Shown: piece by piece, positions 26,902 to 41,502 of the stretch
Layout: each line of letters starts with the position of its first letter
Numbering within the stretch: the first letter of the stretch is position 1
Origin: the human T2T-CHM13v2.0 reference genome, Homo sapiens
Length of the DNA: 64,000 nt
NCBI RefSeq assembly: GCF_009914755.1
Contig: NC_060944.1
Reading direction: 5' to 3' (one strand)
Notes under the pieces: model-generated
What the model saw: the letters and a program-made list of their open reading frames with translations, nothing else
Told to the model about the DNA's origin: nothing
The model's database searches: none
Position numbers and translations under genes: made by a program

Positions 26902-27454
26902 GGTCTAACTCTAGGTAGATCAATTTATCAGGGTAGGAGTATAACACAGCTGTTTATTATGGATTCTTAATTATGGGAATTATTCTGTGACTGCCTTCTA
27001 TAAAGAAATTCTCTGTTGGATGGAGCTTCTTCACCCTTTTTTCTTCCTTAAAGACGTCAGGAAAAATCAGAGAGAAGAATATAGCAAAACAACCCTTTCC
27101 TCCCTACCAATCACAAAGTGGCTGCTAGCTTATTTGAAATGTAAATATAATGACTCTCATCAATGGCACTATGTTACTGAATTATCCTCAGCAAACTGAA
27201 TCACAAGCATAAGAAGGCTTTTTCAGAAAAGTGCTGTTGAAGGCATTTCAGGACACCTTACCTGCTTTTCTTGACACAGCTAAAATCTTCCCCATCCCCA
27301 TAGTCCCTGCTCATACCTGTAACACTCATTTGCCCTACTGATTCAGAGATAAAATTCTCTACTGAATTTCACTGTCATTTACATATTTTCTTTGCTCGAC
27401 TTGTCTTTCCTAGAAAATATCAAACTCTTGGAAGGTCAGGGATAGTAATAACAA

Positions 27455-27625
27455 AAACAATTACATCGATTAACACTAATCCTTAACATTAATCATTTAC
27501 GATGTGTCAGGCACTGTACAGACTTTGTATACATTATTTCATGCAGTATTCTCAATAACTCTCTTATTCCTACTTTACAGATAAGAAAACTAGGCTCGAA
27601 AAGAATAACTAACTTACCTGAGGTA
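27455..27625 (-). mobile_element. MIR
   Basis: atgtgtcaggcactgt...tttacagataagaaaactaggctc...taacttacctgagg. Confidence 0.8.
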
Positions 27626-27629
27626 TGGG

Positions 27630-28307
27630 AGAGACTACAATTTGCTACCCAATACCTATTCTCCATTTCTTCTCTTGCAATAGAGACTGAATTCCATGTG
27701 GAGTACCAATGCAGTTAGCTAAAAGCCTCTCTTGGCCAGGCATGATGGCTCATGCCTGTAATCTCAAAACTTTGGGAGGCTGAGGTGGGAGGATCACTTA
27801 AGCCCAAGAGTTTGAAACTAGCCTGGGTGACATAGTGAGACCCCAACTCTACAAACATTTTTGAAAAATAAAAATAACAGCCTCTTTTGAAGGTAGGTAT
27901 GGCCAGGATACTAGCATGTAGCCAAGGAGATGTAAACAGAAAGGTGGCATAGAACTTGACGATGGAAAATGAGAGCTCAGACTTCAAGTAAATAAGCAAC
28001 TTATAAGATAAGAACTTGTCACCCTTCTGACTCTCTTCTTTTGTCAGACCTTCTATGATCATTTGATGTTTTTAAACTTTGGCAGCCATCTTTAACCAAA
28101 AGGTTACCTTGGGGATGAAGGCCATACACTAACATGGTGGGGCCAAAAAATAGGAAGAGCCTGGGTTCCTGGTGACCTTGAAGCTGCATTTCCAATTCAG
28201 GACTAGTAGCTCCAGACTGCTATTACATGAGAAAGAAAGAAATATGTAAGTGCTATTTGAGCCATTTTAGATTACCCCTCACTCTGGGCCTGGACTTACC
28301 TAACTGA
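27630..28307 (+). mobile_element. Old MLT1-type LTR interrupted by a FLAM
   Basis: ggcagccatctt...gaagagcctgggttcctggtgacc...tccagactgctattacatgagaaagaaa. Confidence 0.65.
27734..27875 (+). mobile_element. FLAM_C / free left Alu monomer
   Basis: Single monomer with an A tail; TSD taaaagcctctctt / taacagcctctttt. Confidence 0.88.
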
Positions 28308-28669
28308 AGTGTGTCTCACAGTTAACAAGAGATGTGGCTTAGATTCAGCCATAGGCCATTTCATACTGTTTTCCTACCCTCAGTGCCCAGCTGAAAACAG
28401 CACGTTGTATGCTCTGCTTAGTTTGGCCACAATAATTAACTCTTTACTAAGAAGAAAAAAAAAGTCCCTTCCCAGGATTTGCTTTCATGGTCTGCTTCAG
28501 TAGCACAAGTCAGGAATGCACCAGCATCCCTCTAAACAATTAGAAAATGGGATAAAGATATTTCTAGAATGGTGTAGATACTTTTCAAGATGTTTCTTTT
28601 ATTAATTGCTATTCTTGCACTCCACATTTTTCTCATTTGCAATCCATACATCTGATATTGCCATTATCA

Positions 28670-28885
28670 TTTGTGCATTCATTTGGCACCTATTTATTAA
28701 GCACTTATTACATGCTAGGAAACAACCTCGGGATGGAAGAGTGAACAAAGCAGACAATATCCCTGGTTTATGGCATTTATATTCTTATGGTGGGGAGAAG
28801 AGGACAAACAATAAACAATAAAATAACAGGTCAGGTAGAGATATGTTTTATGGAGAAATTAAAATGAACAAGGGGGATCATGTTG
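28670..28885 (-). mobile_element. L2 3' end
   Basis: cattcatttggcacctatttattaagcacttattacatgctagg...gtgaacaaagcagac. Confidence 0.7.
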
Positions 28886-28890
28886 GCAGG

Positions 28891-29605
<715 letters not shown>

Positions 29606-30759
29606 GCAGGAATGGGATACTTACCTGAAAAAGGCAAGAATGCAAATCATGGAAATTTAGTTTCCCAGCTTAGACTGTCAATGTATGCTTTTATTCTGGG
29701 AATGGATGCACAAAACCTGGTGATAGAAGATTGATACATTTCAGAAAATGTTCTACGTGACACTTGACAACTTTAAGAATTTTTTATGTACTTGTCTGAG
29801 CATCTGATGTTGAACAGCTCCAATTGGACAATAACTGGTTTGTTTTTCTTCTCTTTTCCTTCCGCTTGGCTTCCATGTCATTCCAGCAGAAGCCCAATTG
29901 CTTCTTTGCTCAAATAGGATTGTACCTTTTTATACCAACTTGGAGAAGAGAATGTGAATAAGTGAGTAACTGAGTATGTGTGTGAGCTTGGGTGCATACC
30001 CCAGATATACAAGTGCATTTAAGAAGAGCTGGAATAGACAAGATAATCCTGATATTTATTTAGTCAAAAATGAAAATTTCTAAATACTGAATTCTAATTC
30101 TTCTCAGTCCTTTGAAAATGCAAACTTCCTCCCCACATCATGTGGTCTGAAAAATAAGTGGAGGTGGAAAGAGAAGTAGGAGGAGATTTGAAAGCAGTAG
30201 AAGGAAAGATAATGAGGAGGCTGCTAAACTTTTTGCACAAGGACATGAAAACTTCCCTTAATGTTTAAAAACGTGATCTTGCAGCCTTTTCCATTTTGAC
30301 TTCATTTTCCTCATCTACTGAATTAACGAGAATCTGGATGATCTGTAGGTCAAGCATTTGCTGGAAATAAGAAGGCCAGAGCTAATAGCCATTGGCTTTG
30401 CCTAGGACCATAATCCATCTGCCCAGCACAGACATCAGCTTTCCTGTCATTATCACAGGAAGCCCCTCAGAACCCTAAAGCGACTGGCACTTTTTTTCTC
30501 ATCGGAATTAAAGTCAGCAGCTTCTCATCTTCAATGTGGAAATGTACATAATCCTATGACAGTATACTATTGTCTCTAAAGAGAGCTACAAATTTAATTT
30601 TGAGTTTGTGTTATATAAATCATGCAATTCCATTAGTATGTCTTCGTGCTGTGATCTAAATTCACAAAATCTGATCCCATCCTAAGATGCTGATATTCTG
30701 CTATTCTCTGCTAATGATACAATCAGAAACAAATATTTTGTTCGTCTTTGTATTTCATT

Positions 30760-31165
30760 TTGGTCAGAATTGCCTAGAAGCAGAGCCTGAGACAGAGATT
30801 CAAGACTAGGTGACTGAGGAAGAGTTCTCAGGAGGAAAGGAGTAGAGGAACAGGTCAGAACGTGAGAAAAAACTTAAGCAAGGACACATTCTCAACTGGC
30901 CTCCGGCCTCAGCCTCATCCCACGGGGAGTTCTGCAGTGTGAGTTGTACCCTTCTCTCCTGATCTCTCATACCCATGTCTATCAGTCATTGCTTGCTGGA
31001 TATCCCCTTCCACCTGAAGGGAGGGTTATAACCTACTGTAGAGGGCAGCTCCCATTGGCCAAGGGCAATTCCGTGCAGAACAGGGCAGTTATGCATCATT
31101 GGCAACCAGTGTTTATAGAACTTGAGATATGGGTACTCTGGCAGATGGGTGCACCAGCCTGACAG
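30760..31165 (-). mobile_element. Old ERVL-type LTR (family uncertain)
   Basis: cctagaagcagagcctgagacagagattc...cagcctcatcccacggggagttctgcagtgtga. Confidence 0.55.
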
Positions 31166-31239
31166 TGAAGATCCAAAAGCATCCCCCCTTCTCTTTTCCA
31201 TCCTGGAAAACTTCCTGATTGCTTCATCTTGCATTGTTC

Positions 31240-31645
31240 TTTATTTTTTTATTTTTAATTTTTGGAAGTACATAGTAAGTGTGTATATTTGTGAGTCACA
31301 TGAGAGATTTTGATACAGGCATGTGATGCATAATAATCATTTTAGGGTAAACGGAGTATCCATCACCTCAAGCATTTATCATTCATGCTACAAACAATCT
31401 AATTATAATTTTATTTATTTAAAAATGTACAATTACATTATTTTTACTTAGTCAATCTGCTGTGCTAGCAAATAAAAGTCTTCTTCATTCTTTCTAACTA
31501 TTTTTTTGTACCGATTAATCATCCCCACTTCCCCCAGGACCCCCATCCGCACTACCCTTCCAGTCTCTAGTAACCATCCTTCTATCTCTATCTCCACGAG
31601 TTCAGTTATTTTAATTTTTATCTCCCACAAATAAGTGAGAACGCC
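31240..31645 (-). mobile_element. L1MA-type 3' end
   Basis: tacatagtaagtgtgtatattt...ttttgatacaggcatg...tcccacaaataagtgagaac. Confidence 0.88.
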
Positions 31646-32910
31646 TTGCAGTATTCTTAAATAATTACTTCCTTCTTCTCCTTCAGAAAAGCTCCTTCTC
31701 AAGCTCTTCTTCGTTCCACTCCTGAAAGACATGAGTGATTGTATAAGTCTTTTAATAATTGACCCAACCTGTGAATGAGTAATGGCTTATCAAGAAAGAA
31801 TAGACATTTAAATTTTGTGATCAAGGCACAATAATATAAAGTTTGTGCCCTGAGCCCTGTCACATTTGTTGTTGTACAAATGACTACCAGGATTTTTTAG
31901 TCTACTTTTTTTTTTTTTTTTTTGCTACTATTGGCTATTCTATAAATAGCTTGGGGCATTCTGTAAATAGCTTTGTCTTTCTATTTCTAGCATCCAACAT
32001 GGTTTCTTGCATGGGACAGACATTCAATAAATGCTCATGAATAACTGAATGAATTAAAGAATAATGGGGTGGCTGTTGAGATATGAATGTTTACTGTAAG
32101 ACTGTGAAGATTCAAAAGATTAAAAGTGTATAAGGGCCAGGCAGGTCATGTCAACAAGTAAAAGTGATTGTGGCCAACTGGAGAGCAACATACAATAGCC
32201 TATGAGGGCCAAAACCTTCAGCTTTCCCAGATCATGAAAACTGTTTGAGAATGCTGACATTGATATTTTGATACTTTATCCTAAAAATAAAATCTAGAGA
32301 TACAAAATTGTATCTGAAACTTCCTTATTTTTAGATGTTGACAGATAGCCTAACTAACAACAACTAACATTATAGGAGCCAATCCATACTTGTATTAATT
32401 GAATTTCACTTGGGAAATTTTTGGTTTGTTTCCACTGCCATGGAATATTTCCTGGTTGGTAATTATCATTTGTTTCACTTTCAGTGAACAACTAAAAAAC
32501 TGAGAGAACAAAAGAGCAAAAGTCTTCTATCATCTTCTTCCAAAACCTACTATTCAAAAGTAGCTCAATCAAGAGCATCTTTCGATTTTCTCTATAAGAT
32601 TCTGCTTTGAGTCTTTTCCTGTCTTATGGCAGCTTTTTATTCCACCTTCTTTATTCCTGTATATACTTTGGAGGTTATTATTCTCAATTCCTCAATTCCT
32701 TGGCCTCCTTTGTCTTCTTACTCAGCTCATGGAGTTCTTATTCCCCCTTCCATAAACCTTGAGGAGGTCCATGGCTGTGCTTCAAAATGGATCTGTGAAC
32801 ACCTGGGAATTCCTTTGCAAGATGGTATGTATGTGCTTATGTGCATTTTTATGTGGAGAAAATGGCGATTTCTATCACATTCTAAAAGGAGTACCCCATG
32901 TCCATTCACT

Positions 32911-34310
32911 TTTTTTTTCTTTTTTTGAATTTTTATTTTAGAATCAGGGAGGATATGTGCAGGTTTGTTACAACGGTATATTGTGTGATACTGAGGTTTG
33001 CAGTATGAAGGAATCCATCACCCAGGTAGTGAGTATAATACAAAATAAGTAATTTTTCAGCCTTTTCTCTTCTCCCCCACCAGTAGTCCCTGCTATCTAT
33101 TGTTCCCATCTTTATGTCCTTGTGTACTCAATGTTTAGATCCCACTTATAAGTGAGAACATGTGGTATTTGGTTTTCTTTTTCTGCATTAGTTTCCTTAG
33201 GATAATGGTTTGCAGCTGCATCCATGTTGCCACGAAGGACATGATTTTGTTCTCTTTTATGGCTGCCTAGTATTCCATGGTGTATATGTAACACATTTTC
33301 TTTATCTAATCCACCATTAATAGGCACCTGAGTGGATTCCATGCCTTTGCTATTATGAATAGTGCTGCAGTGAACACACATGCTTGTATCTTTTTGGTAG
33401 AATAATTCATTTTCCTTTGGATATAGCTAGTAATGGGATTGCTGAGTTGAAGGATACCTCAACTCTTAGTTGAGAAATCTCCAAACTGCTCTCCACAGTG
33501 GCTGGACTAATTTACATTCCTGCCACAGTGTATAAGTTTTTCCTTTCCTCTGCAGCCTCAGCAACATCTTTTATTTTTTGACTTTTTAACAAAGCCGTTC
33601 TGACGGGTGTGAGATAGTATTTCATTGTGGTTTTGATTTGCATTTATGTGATGATTAGTGATGACGAGCATTTTTTCATGTTTGTTAGCTACATGTATGT
33701 CTTCTTTTGAGAAGTTTCTGCCCATGTCCTTTGCCCACTTTTCTATGGAGTTGTTTTTTTTTTTTTTTTTGGTTTTTGGTTTTTGGTTTTTTTTTTTTTT
33801 TTGCTTGTTGATTTGCTGAAGTTCCTTATAGATTCTGGATATTAGACCTTTGTCAGATGTGTGGTTTGTGAATATTTTCTCCCACTCTGTGTGTTGTCTG
33901 TTACTCCCTTGATGGTTTCTCATGCTGTGCAGAAGCTCTTTAATTATGTCCCATTTGTCAACTTTTAGTTTTGTTGCAAGTGCTTTTGAGGATGTAGCCA
34001 TAAATTATTTGCCAAGGCTGACATTGAGAAGGGTATTTCCTAGGTTTCCTTCTAGGATTTTTATAGTTTGAGGTCTTACAGTTAAGTCTTCAATCCATCT
34101 TGAGTTAATTTTTGTATATGGTGATAGGTCGGAGTCCAGTTTCATTCTTCTGCCAGTTATCCCAGCACCATCTATTGAATAGACAGTCTTTTCCCCATTG
34201 CTTATTTTTGTCAACTTTGTTGAAGACCAGATGGCTGTAGGTATGTGGCTTTATTCCTGGGTTATCTGTTCTATTGGTCTATGTGTCTGTTTTTGAACCA
34301 ATGCCATGCT
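32911..34310 (-). mobile_element. L1PA (old)/L1PB-type LINE, 5'-truncated
   Basis: ORFs 33558-34001 ([22 protein letters not shown]) and 34005-34214 ([12 protein letters not shown]); TSD tgtccattcacttttt / tgtctgttcacttttt. Confidence 0.93.
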
Positions 34311-34621
34311 GTCTGTTCACTTTTGAAGCTTCATGTACACTTGCCTGGACCTTATAGCTGGTCATAACATGGTTTCTTCCCCTTAGTTTAGAAAATATTT
34401 CAGTGGATCCCCAATGCCTCCATTCTTAGATTTTGATAATCTAAGAATGCAAATTCTTTAGATTAGCATTCAGGATCCATTACCATCACTTACAATCCTT
34501 GTGCCCTATGTTCTGTCAATAGCAAACTATTCACAATCTCAAGTTCCCTCGTGCTTCTGTTTGTAAGTATGTCCCCAGCACCTCCCAACCTCTCATCCAC
34601 CTGCGTAAGTGTAGCTAATAA

Positions 34622-35060
34622 GTGCCCTTGGGTTGGGTTTCCCAGAAGTTGACCCTAAGACAAGAACTTGAGTGTGAGTTTTTAATGTGGAAGTTAATGC
34701 CAGGAAGCACTAGTAGGGAAGAGGGAAGTGAGACAGAGAATGGAAAGAATCTGATAAAGTGTGTGTTATCAAACCAGTTACCACCGTGGGCAAGAGGAGA
34801 AACTCTGTCCTGCAGAGGAACTCTAAAGGACAGTGTAGAACAACTTCAGAGCTGTCTCAACTGCAAAGTCAGAAAGCTGGGATATTTATCCATCAACTCC
34901 TGGAAGTCACTGGTTGAGGACTTCTTTGGGGAAACTAAGGCAGTAATTGGGTGTGTTCCAAAGCCAGGAAGAAGCCGTCAGGTGGTGAATGTTTGATGTT
35001 CCCGGTAAATTGTCTGTAGCATAGAAGTTGAGTGTTGAGGGAATATGGGACGATCAGTTA
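34622..35060 (-). mobile_element. LTR16-like ERVL LTR
   Basis: gggtttcccagaagttgaccctaagacaag...ccaggaagcactagtagggaagagggaagtgagacag. Confidence 0.65.
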
Positions 35061-36002
35061 CATGGGTGAGGAGTGTCACTCTACTGCAGCAAGTTGATCA
35101 CTTGCCTTCTCCAAGCCTAAGCTGTATCTTTTATATCCTAATTTTCAGCTCTTACTCATTGTCTAGCAGAGCGAATGTTTACCCATGATCAGTGAATAAA
35201 TGAAGTGTATTTCCCAGGCTTATTCAAGCTCTTTATTTGAAAAATATGAGCATGCGGAACAATTTCAAGTTGACCTGGACATTTGAACTCTACCTGCAAG
35301 CACAGATCTGGAACATCACTGCCTTTGACTGGGGCATTGGAGTAAAGTCGTTATCCCTGCCTATTGCCCAGAAAATAATCTGTGTCCTTCCACATAGCAT
35401 GTACTTTTTCAGCAAACTCAAAGCAAGCTAACTTTGTGGCCAGACTCACTACAATTGATCAGTTTTATTAAAGCCACGCGTAAGAGGCAGCCTTTTAATC
35501 CTCAAAGTAATTCCCAGTGTGAGCCTTTCAAGGCTAATCACCCTAGTGATTGAACAGGGTGAGAAGAATGAACCACTTTCTGACCTTTTAGTGAAGTCAA
35601 GTGCAGGATAATGCATGGATCATTTTCTTGATGATTTTATCTTGACACAACTGAATTTTTCTTAGGAAAGATTACAGCCAGACTTTTGGTGTTAAAAGTC
35701 TAAAGAAATACTTTTAGATTCACGAGTGGAAGTTCCTACATGTTTTTCTAGAAGATGTTAGGAGTCACAAGCTCAAAGACATTAAAGAAGAAAGGTCATT
35801 TTAATTATTCTACAAATATAGCTGTACTTTTTATTTCCACTTATTACTTTTTTCTCTAGAAATGGCTTTTTATGCTAATACTCCTATTTCGCTAGCATTG
35901 TGAGCGAGTGCTCCACCTGTCTGCCACTGCTGACATTACACCATAATTAAGCCGTATTTTGTTTTCTTTCAATGCGGCCTCCTGCTGGAACATGCTTTAG
36001 AG

Positions 36003-36135
36003 CAGTAGTTATTAAACCCAGAATCACCTGGACAACTAACAAAGAACACGACCAGGTTTCCTGAAGTACGACGGGGCCTGAGCTTTTGTATTTTTACTAA
36101 GTTCTGACCTTCACTGAAGTTGGAGGATCACTGCT
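36003..36135. mobile_element. MER5-type MITE, decayed
   Basis: cagtagttattaaa...cagaatcacctgga...gttggaggatcactg. Confidence 0.55.
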
Positions 36136-36675
36136 GTTGATCATGCACACCAGATTTTCTCACTTTGAGCAATTGTTTCATGCAGAACACTAATGACAAA
36201 TAATTTTAAATGTATATCACTCAAAAAGTTAATAAAAACAATAAAAGAAAATGGAAAGCATGTATTACAAAAACAAGTTAATACTATTTTAGTATTAATC
36301 TAATTAGGAAACATTTCATTGTGTTTCAATGCTGAAGAAGCACTAAATAAATGCTCATGGAACTTGCAGGTTAGTCTCACAATAGGTGTTTACCAAATAC
36401 TGATCTAGAATGTCACAACCTTCCTTTATTTAGTCTTCACTGCCAAGTTTTACCTTTAAATCAAGTTCCTCTACACTCTATAGTCCAAATTTCCCTTCCA
36501 GCCCAAGCTCCATTTTCTGATCATTTAAGTTATCTTTATTTAAAAGGCATTTATGTATTTCTATAATTCTGTACATAATTTACTATTGCTTGATCTAAAT
36601 AATTAAATTTAAGCCAGTCAAGTCATATTATAAAGGAGACTGCAACTCAAAAGATGATTTGCATCTAAAGCAAAA

Positions 36676-37055
36676 TTTTATTTTTATTTTTTTTTATAAT
36701 CTTAACTTTTAGATTCAGGAGGTACATGCACAGGTTTGTTATCTGGGTATACTGCATGATGCTGAGGTTTGGGGTGCGATTGATCCCATAACCCAGGTAC
36801 TGAGCATAGTACCCAGTTAGATTTTATTTATTTATTTTAATTTTTTTAAAGTTTTATATTTTTTTTCCATAACTTATTTGGGTACAGGTGGTATTTGGTT
36901 ACATGAGTAAGTCATTTAGTGGTGATTTGTGAGATTTTTGTGCTCCCATCACCCGAGCAGTATACATTGCACCATATTTGTACTCTTTTATCCCTTTCCC
37001 CCATCCACTTCTCCCCCCAAGTCTCCAAAGTCCATTGTATCATCCTTATGCCTTT
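36676..37055 (-). mobile_element. Two stacked L1 3' ends (L1PA-like 36676-36820; L1PB-like 36822-37055)
   Basis: agattcaggaggtacatgcacaggtttgtta and tgggtacaggtggtatttggttacatgagtaag; outer TSD agcaaaatt. Confidence 0.85.
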
Positions 37056-37164
37056 ATAGCAAAATTGTAAACATTAAGTTTGAACCTCAAAATTAATTTT
37101 CTCAGCTCAAATATGAACAATTTCAGGTCAGCGTACATTTAAAAATTCTGCAAAAATAGTAAAG

Positions 37165-37872
37165 CTTACCACTTCAAACCAACTACTGTGGTTAAAATGA
37201 AAAAGAAAGTCAAACCAACAGAGTAACCACACCAAATGTTTGTGAGAATATATAGAGCTACTAGAATTCTCATACATTGCTGTTTTGGGATATAAACTGG
37301 TACAATCAATTTCAAAAAAAGAAAAGTATTTTGTAAAGTTAAAACATTTACAACCTGATGCTCCTGGAAGAAAATGTATCTAAGAGAAATGAAAACATGT
37401 GTCGACAAAAAGACCTGTGCAAGAGTTTTCATAGCAGCTTTATTGATAACAGTCAATCTGTTATAACAGCCAGAATCTGTTATAACCTAAATGCCCATCA
37501 ACAGGAAAATGGATAAATTATGTTACATTCACATAATAAAATACTACTCAGCAATACAAAAGGATGAACTACTGAGACACACAACGTGGTGAATCTCACA
37601 ATCATTATGCTGAGCAAAGAAAGATAGACACAAACAGGTACTTAATGTATGATTTCATTTCTATGAAGTTCAAGAACAGGCAAAATTAATACATGGTGAT
37701 AGAAATCAGAACAGAGGTTACTTATTGAATTGACTGAAATGAGGCATAAGAGAATGAGGCATAAGATGACCAAAATTTCTATTTGGGAAATGCTACATTT
37801 GTCAAAATTCATCCAATTTTATATTTAAAAGCTAGGCATTGCTCTGTTTATACATTTTACGTCAAGAAAAAT
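37165..37872 (+). mobile_element. L1ME/MB-type 3' end
   Basis: ctagaattctcatacattgct...aaatgcccatcaacagg...ggtgatagaaatcagaacag. Confidence 0.85.
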
Positions 37873-38721
37873 GAAAAAATATGGGATTTTGAATCAAGTG
37901 AAATGTTCAAGTCATCTATTTATTGTCTTAAACAATGAGAAAGCCTGGTGGAGGCCTATGAATTGTCCTTTGCACTGCTATGAAGTGTGGATGTGTGTGT
38001 TGCGTGCATGCATGCGTGTGCTCATGCATATGGTAAGGATGCTAATAAACCCAAAGCTGAAAAGGATCTTGCAAAGGTAGAGGTGAAAAGCTATCTGGAT
38101 TTTGTCTAGGGATTGAAGTTAGAGATATTGATCCAAGACAAAATGCACTTTCTTGAACCAGGAGAGTCTGAATATCTAAATCTTGGGTGCTCAAGTCCTT
38201 TCTCAAAGGAGTGAAAGGCAAGTTGTTTATTCTAGGTGAAAGCCAAGGTTATTTACTTAGGTCTAGAAATAAATGCACAGCAAAAACCATAGGTGAAAGA
38301 AAGAGTGAAAACAGATGAGTTCCCCAGGCTTTGGGAAGAGGTTCAAGTAGGTCAGAAGGTGATGGGCATCCTCCTGTTGGTGAGATCTCAGCATACCTGG
38401 GAAAGGGTGAAATGATGGATAAGGAGGTGGGGGACTTGGCACTGGAATTAAACCCATGATCTATCCTCTAAGTGGCTCCTTGAGTTTCTCAATGAAGCTT
38501 CACCAGAACCCAAATCAGAGGCAGCTACTATTTCACTGACAAATCAGATGATTCTCTAAGACTAGGTGGAGGACCATACATTGGGCAGGTTCATTTCTGG
38601 ATAAATTTCCTCTGTTAAGGGAAAAGAAAGACATCAAAGGTGAATATGTCATCAGTAGAGACGACAGCAAATATGTTTCCAATTTTAGTGTACTGGTCAA
38701 AAGAACCATCTTGGCTGACTG

Positions 38722-39342
<621 letters not shown>

Positions 39343-39399
39343 CCCCCAAGTTAGAAATTTTGTTGCAGGGGGGATTTTCATGATTATGTATTCCTGGAT

Positions 39400-41015
39400 T
39401 GAGTTTTAGAGTCTCTAGTTTTTGGAGTATTTCTCTTTTTATGCATTGGTATTATTTTTTATCTCAAGCAATGATGGGCTTTCTTATGAATTGCGTGCGG
39501 ATGTTGCTAATTTCTGCAATTCTTCCTCTGTTTCTTGAATTCTCTGCATCTATAATTTGTATCTCCTTTGCAGCTGATTGCTTTTGCTCTCTTTTCCCAT
39601 ATATTCTCTTCCTAAATCAGCTGCTTTTACAGAAGTATGTCTTTATGTCCCTTCAGGATTTCTACACTGTGCTGCAAGGTTTTGCATTCATTTTCCAGGA
39701 GAGCTTTGCTGAATGCAGTGAGCAAAACTCACTTTCTTTATTTGTTCTTCCAGTCCATGCTTGGTTGACACCTCATCCTTCAGCTTGGATGGGAAATGGC
39801 CTCAATCTTCTCTAGCTATTGTTAATGAAGATTCTCCCCAGGAGATATATCTCATCTGTCATCTCTGATTTATTTTATCTTCTCACTCTGGTGATTTGCC
39901 AGTTATTTCAGCTGCCCAATGCAATTATTCAAAATGTCCAATTCTTTTTCGTGTATGGTAAAAAAAAACAAGCTTCCTCTATGTCTTTCCGAGTTTTATA
40001 ATAAACTGTAATTTGATTAGTTCTCTCAGCCAAGTGTTCCCTTCATCCAGTTTTCTGCTTCCTGTGGTACTGCTCCATGCCCTCTTTAGGTCTAGATTTT
40101 TCTCTTTAACCTTCAGAGGCCAGACTTCCTCTTCTCTTTGCCGAGCTTAGCTTCACCAAGGCTTTTATTCACTTTGAAAGTTTCAAAAAAATCCTTGAAA
40201 ATATTTGTGATATTTTTATCAAGCTTTTGCCTTCCAACACCTTGTTCTAGTTGTTTGATTTTGTTTTATTTGTTTTCTTTTGTGTTCTACATTTTGCACT
40301 TCCTAGTTTTCCCAAAACAACAAGTACACTTCCTACCAGCATTTCACTGGCTATTTTATTCATTTTTGAAAAGATTCTAGTTGGAAACTTTATGCAGTTC
40401 CTTCTTCAGAGGGGTGTTTCTTTTGTATCTTGATCTTCACTCCTCAAAAAAGTCTTTGCTACTTTTTTTGTTCATATTTGACAATCTTTATTGATTTTAA
40501 GGTAGTCTTAAAGTTTGATAAAACTGTTGTGCTGTCGTTCGTTTTTTTTGTCTCTTTCTAGAAGAAACACCCTCTGGAAGAAAATGGCTGATGAACAATT
40601 TCTTGATAAGGCACTATGAGTTATTGACTCACAAGGCCCTTCATGAAAATCAGGGTTGCCCTGCTGTCTACAGGGAATGTAGCTTGTGGCATCCCATGAT
40701 CTATTGCTTCAGGCCTGTTTGGAAGAATCACATTCTTCACGCCTGAAACACCTGGTTGCTCTTCTGTATTTACTTGTTTCTGTATTTGTTGTTTCTTTGT
40801 TGTCGTAGAATCACTAGCCTCTCCCAATAGGCCAAAACCATCTTTCGAGTACGTGTTATCTCAATTTCTGCATTTTCTAGAGGCCTCTTATTTTCTTCTG
40901 CTAATTATTCTCATTCATTTTATTTACTTGAGTCTTCAGTATCAGAAGTCTCTTGCATTCTCAATGATGTATTTTTCAATGACAGAAGAATGTTCTTCTA
41001 GAGCAGGAACTGGCA
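39400..41015 (-). mobile_element. Very decayed L1/HAL1 ORF1-like relic
   Basis: Long T/C-rich tract with the composition of antisense L1; no firm motif. Confidence 0.35.
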
Positions 41016-41023
41016 AACTATGA

Positions 41024-41502
41024 TTCATGGGCCAAATCTGGCCCCACCACCTATTTTTGTAAATGAAGTGTATTTATAAATAATGTTTTGTAAATAAAGT
41101 TGCAAATGAAGGAAATGCAGCTATCTCCATTAGTTTGAGTATTGTCTTCTTTTTTCTTTCTTTCTTTTCTTTCTTTTTTGAGACAGTGTCTCCCTCTGTC
41201 ACCTAGGCTGGAGTGCAGTGATGCAGTCGTTTGAGGCTACACTGTAGCCTGTAGAGACAGGGTCTCTTTATATTGCCCAGGCCAGTCTCAGACTCCTGAG
41301 CTCAAGCAATCTTCCCGTCTCAGCCTCCCAAAGTGCTGGGATTACAAGCATGAGCCACCATACCCCATCTATTTGCATATCGTCTATGACTGCTTTCACA
41401 CTATAAAGTCAGGGTTGAGTGATTATGGCAGAGACCATAAGACCGCTGACCATATGAAAAATACTGCCTTGCTCTTCACAGAAACAGTTTGCAGACATCT
41501 GC
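41024..41502 (+). mobile_element. MER58A-type MITE split by an Alu
   Basis: caggaactggcaaactatg...atgggccaaatctggccc...cacagaaacagtttgcagacatctg. Confidence 0.8.
41146..41369 (-). mobile_element. AluJ-type with an internal deletion
   Basis: gagacagtgtctccctctgtcacctaggctggagtgcagtg joined through a short filler to tgtagagacagggtctc. Confidence 0.9.

Noticed and set aside
35970-35992. Second CTCF-like string gcggcctcctgctgg
   Set aside because: It has several mismatches at high-information positions.
37450-37770. Short direct repeats aatctgttataac x2 and aatgaggcataaga x2
   Set aside because: These are ordinary slippage duplications within an old L1 3' UTR.
39399-39815. 138 aa hydrophobic ORF resembling a membrane protein
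   Set aside because: T-rich decayed repeat sequence gives Phe/Leu/Ile-rich ORFs by composition alone.
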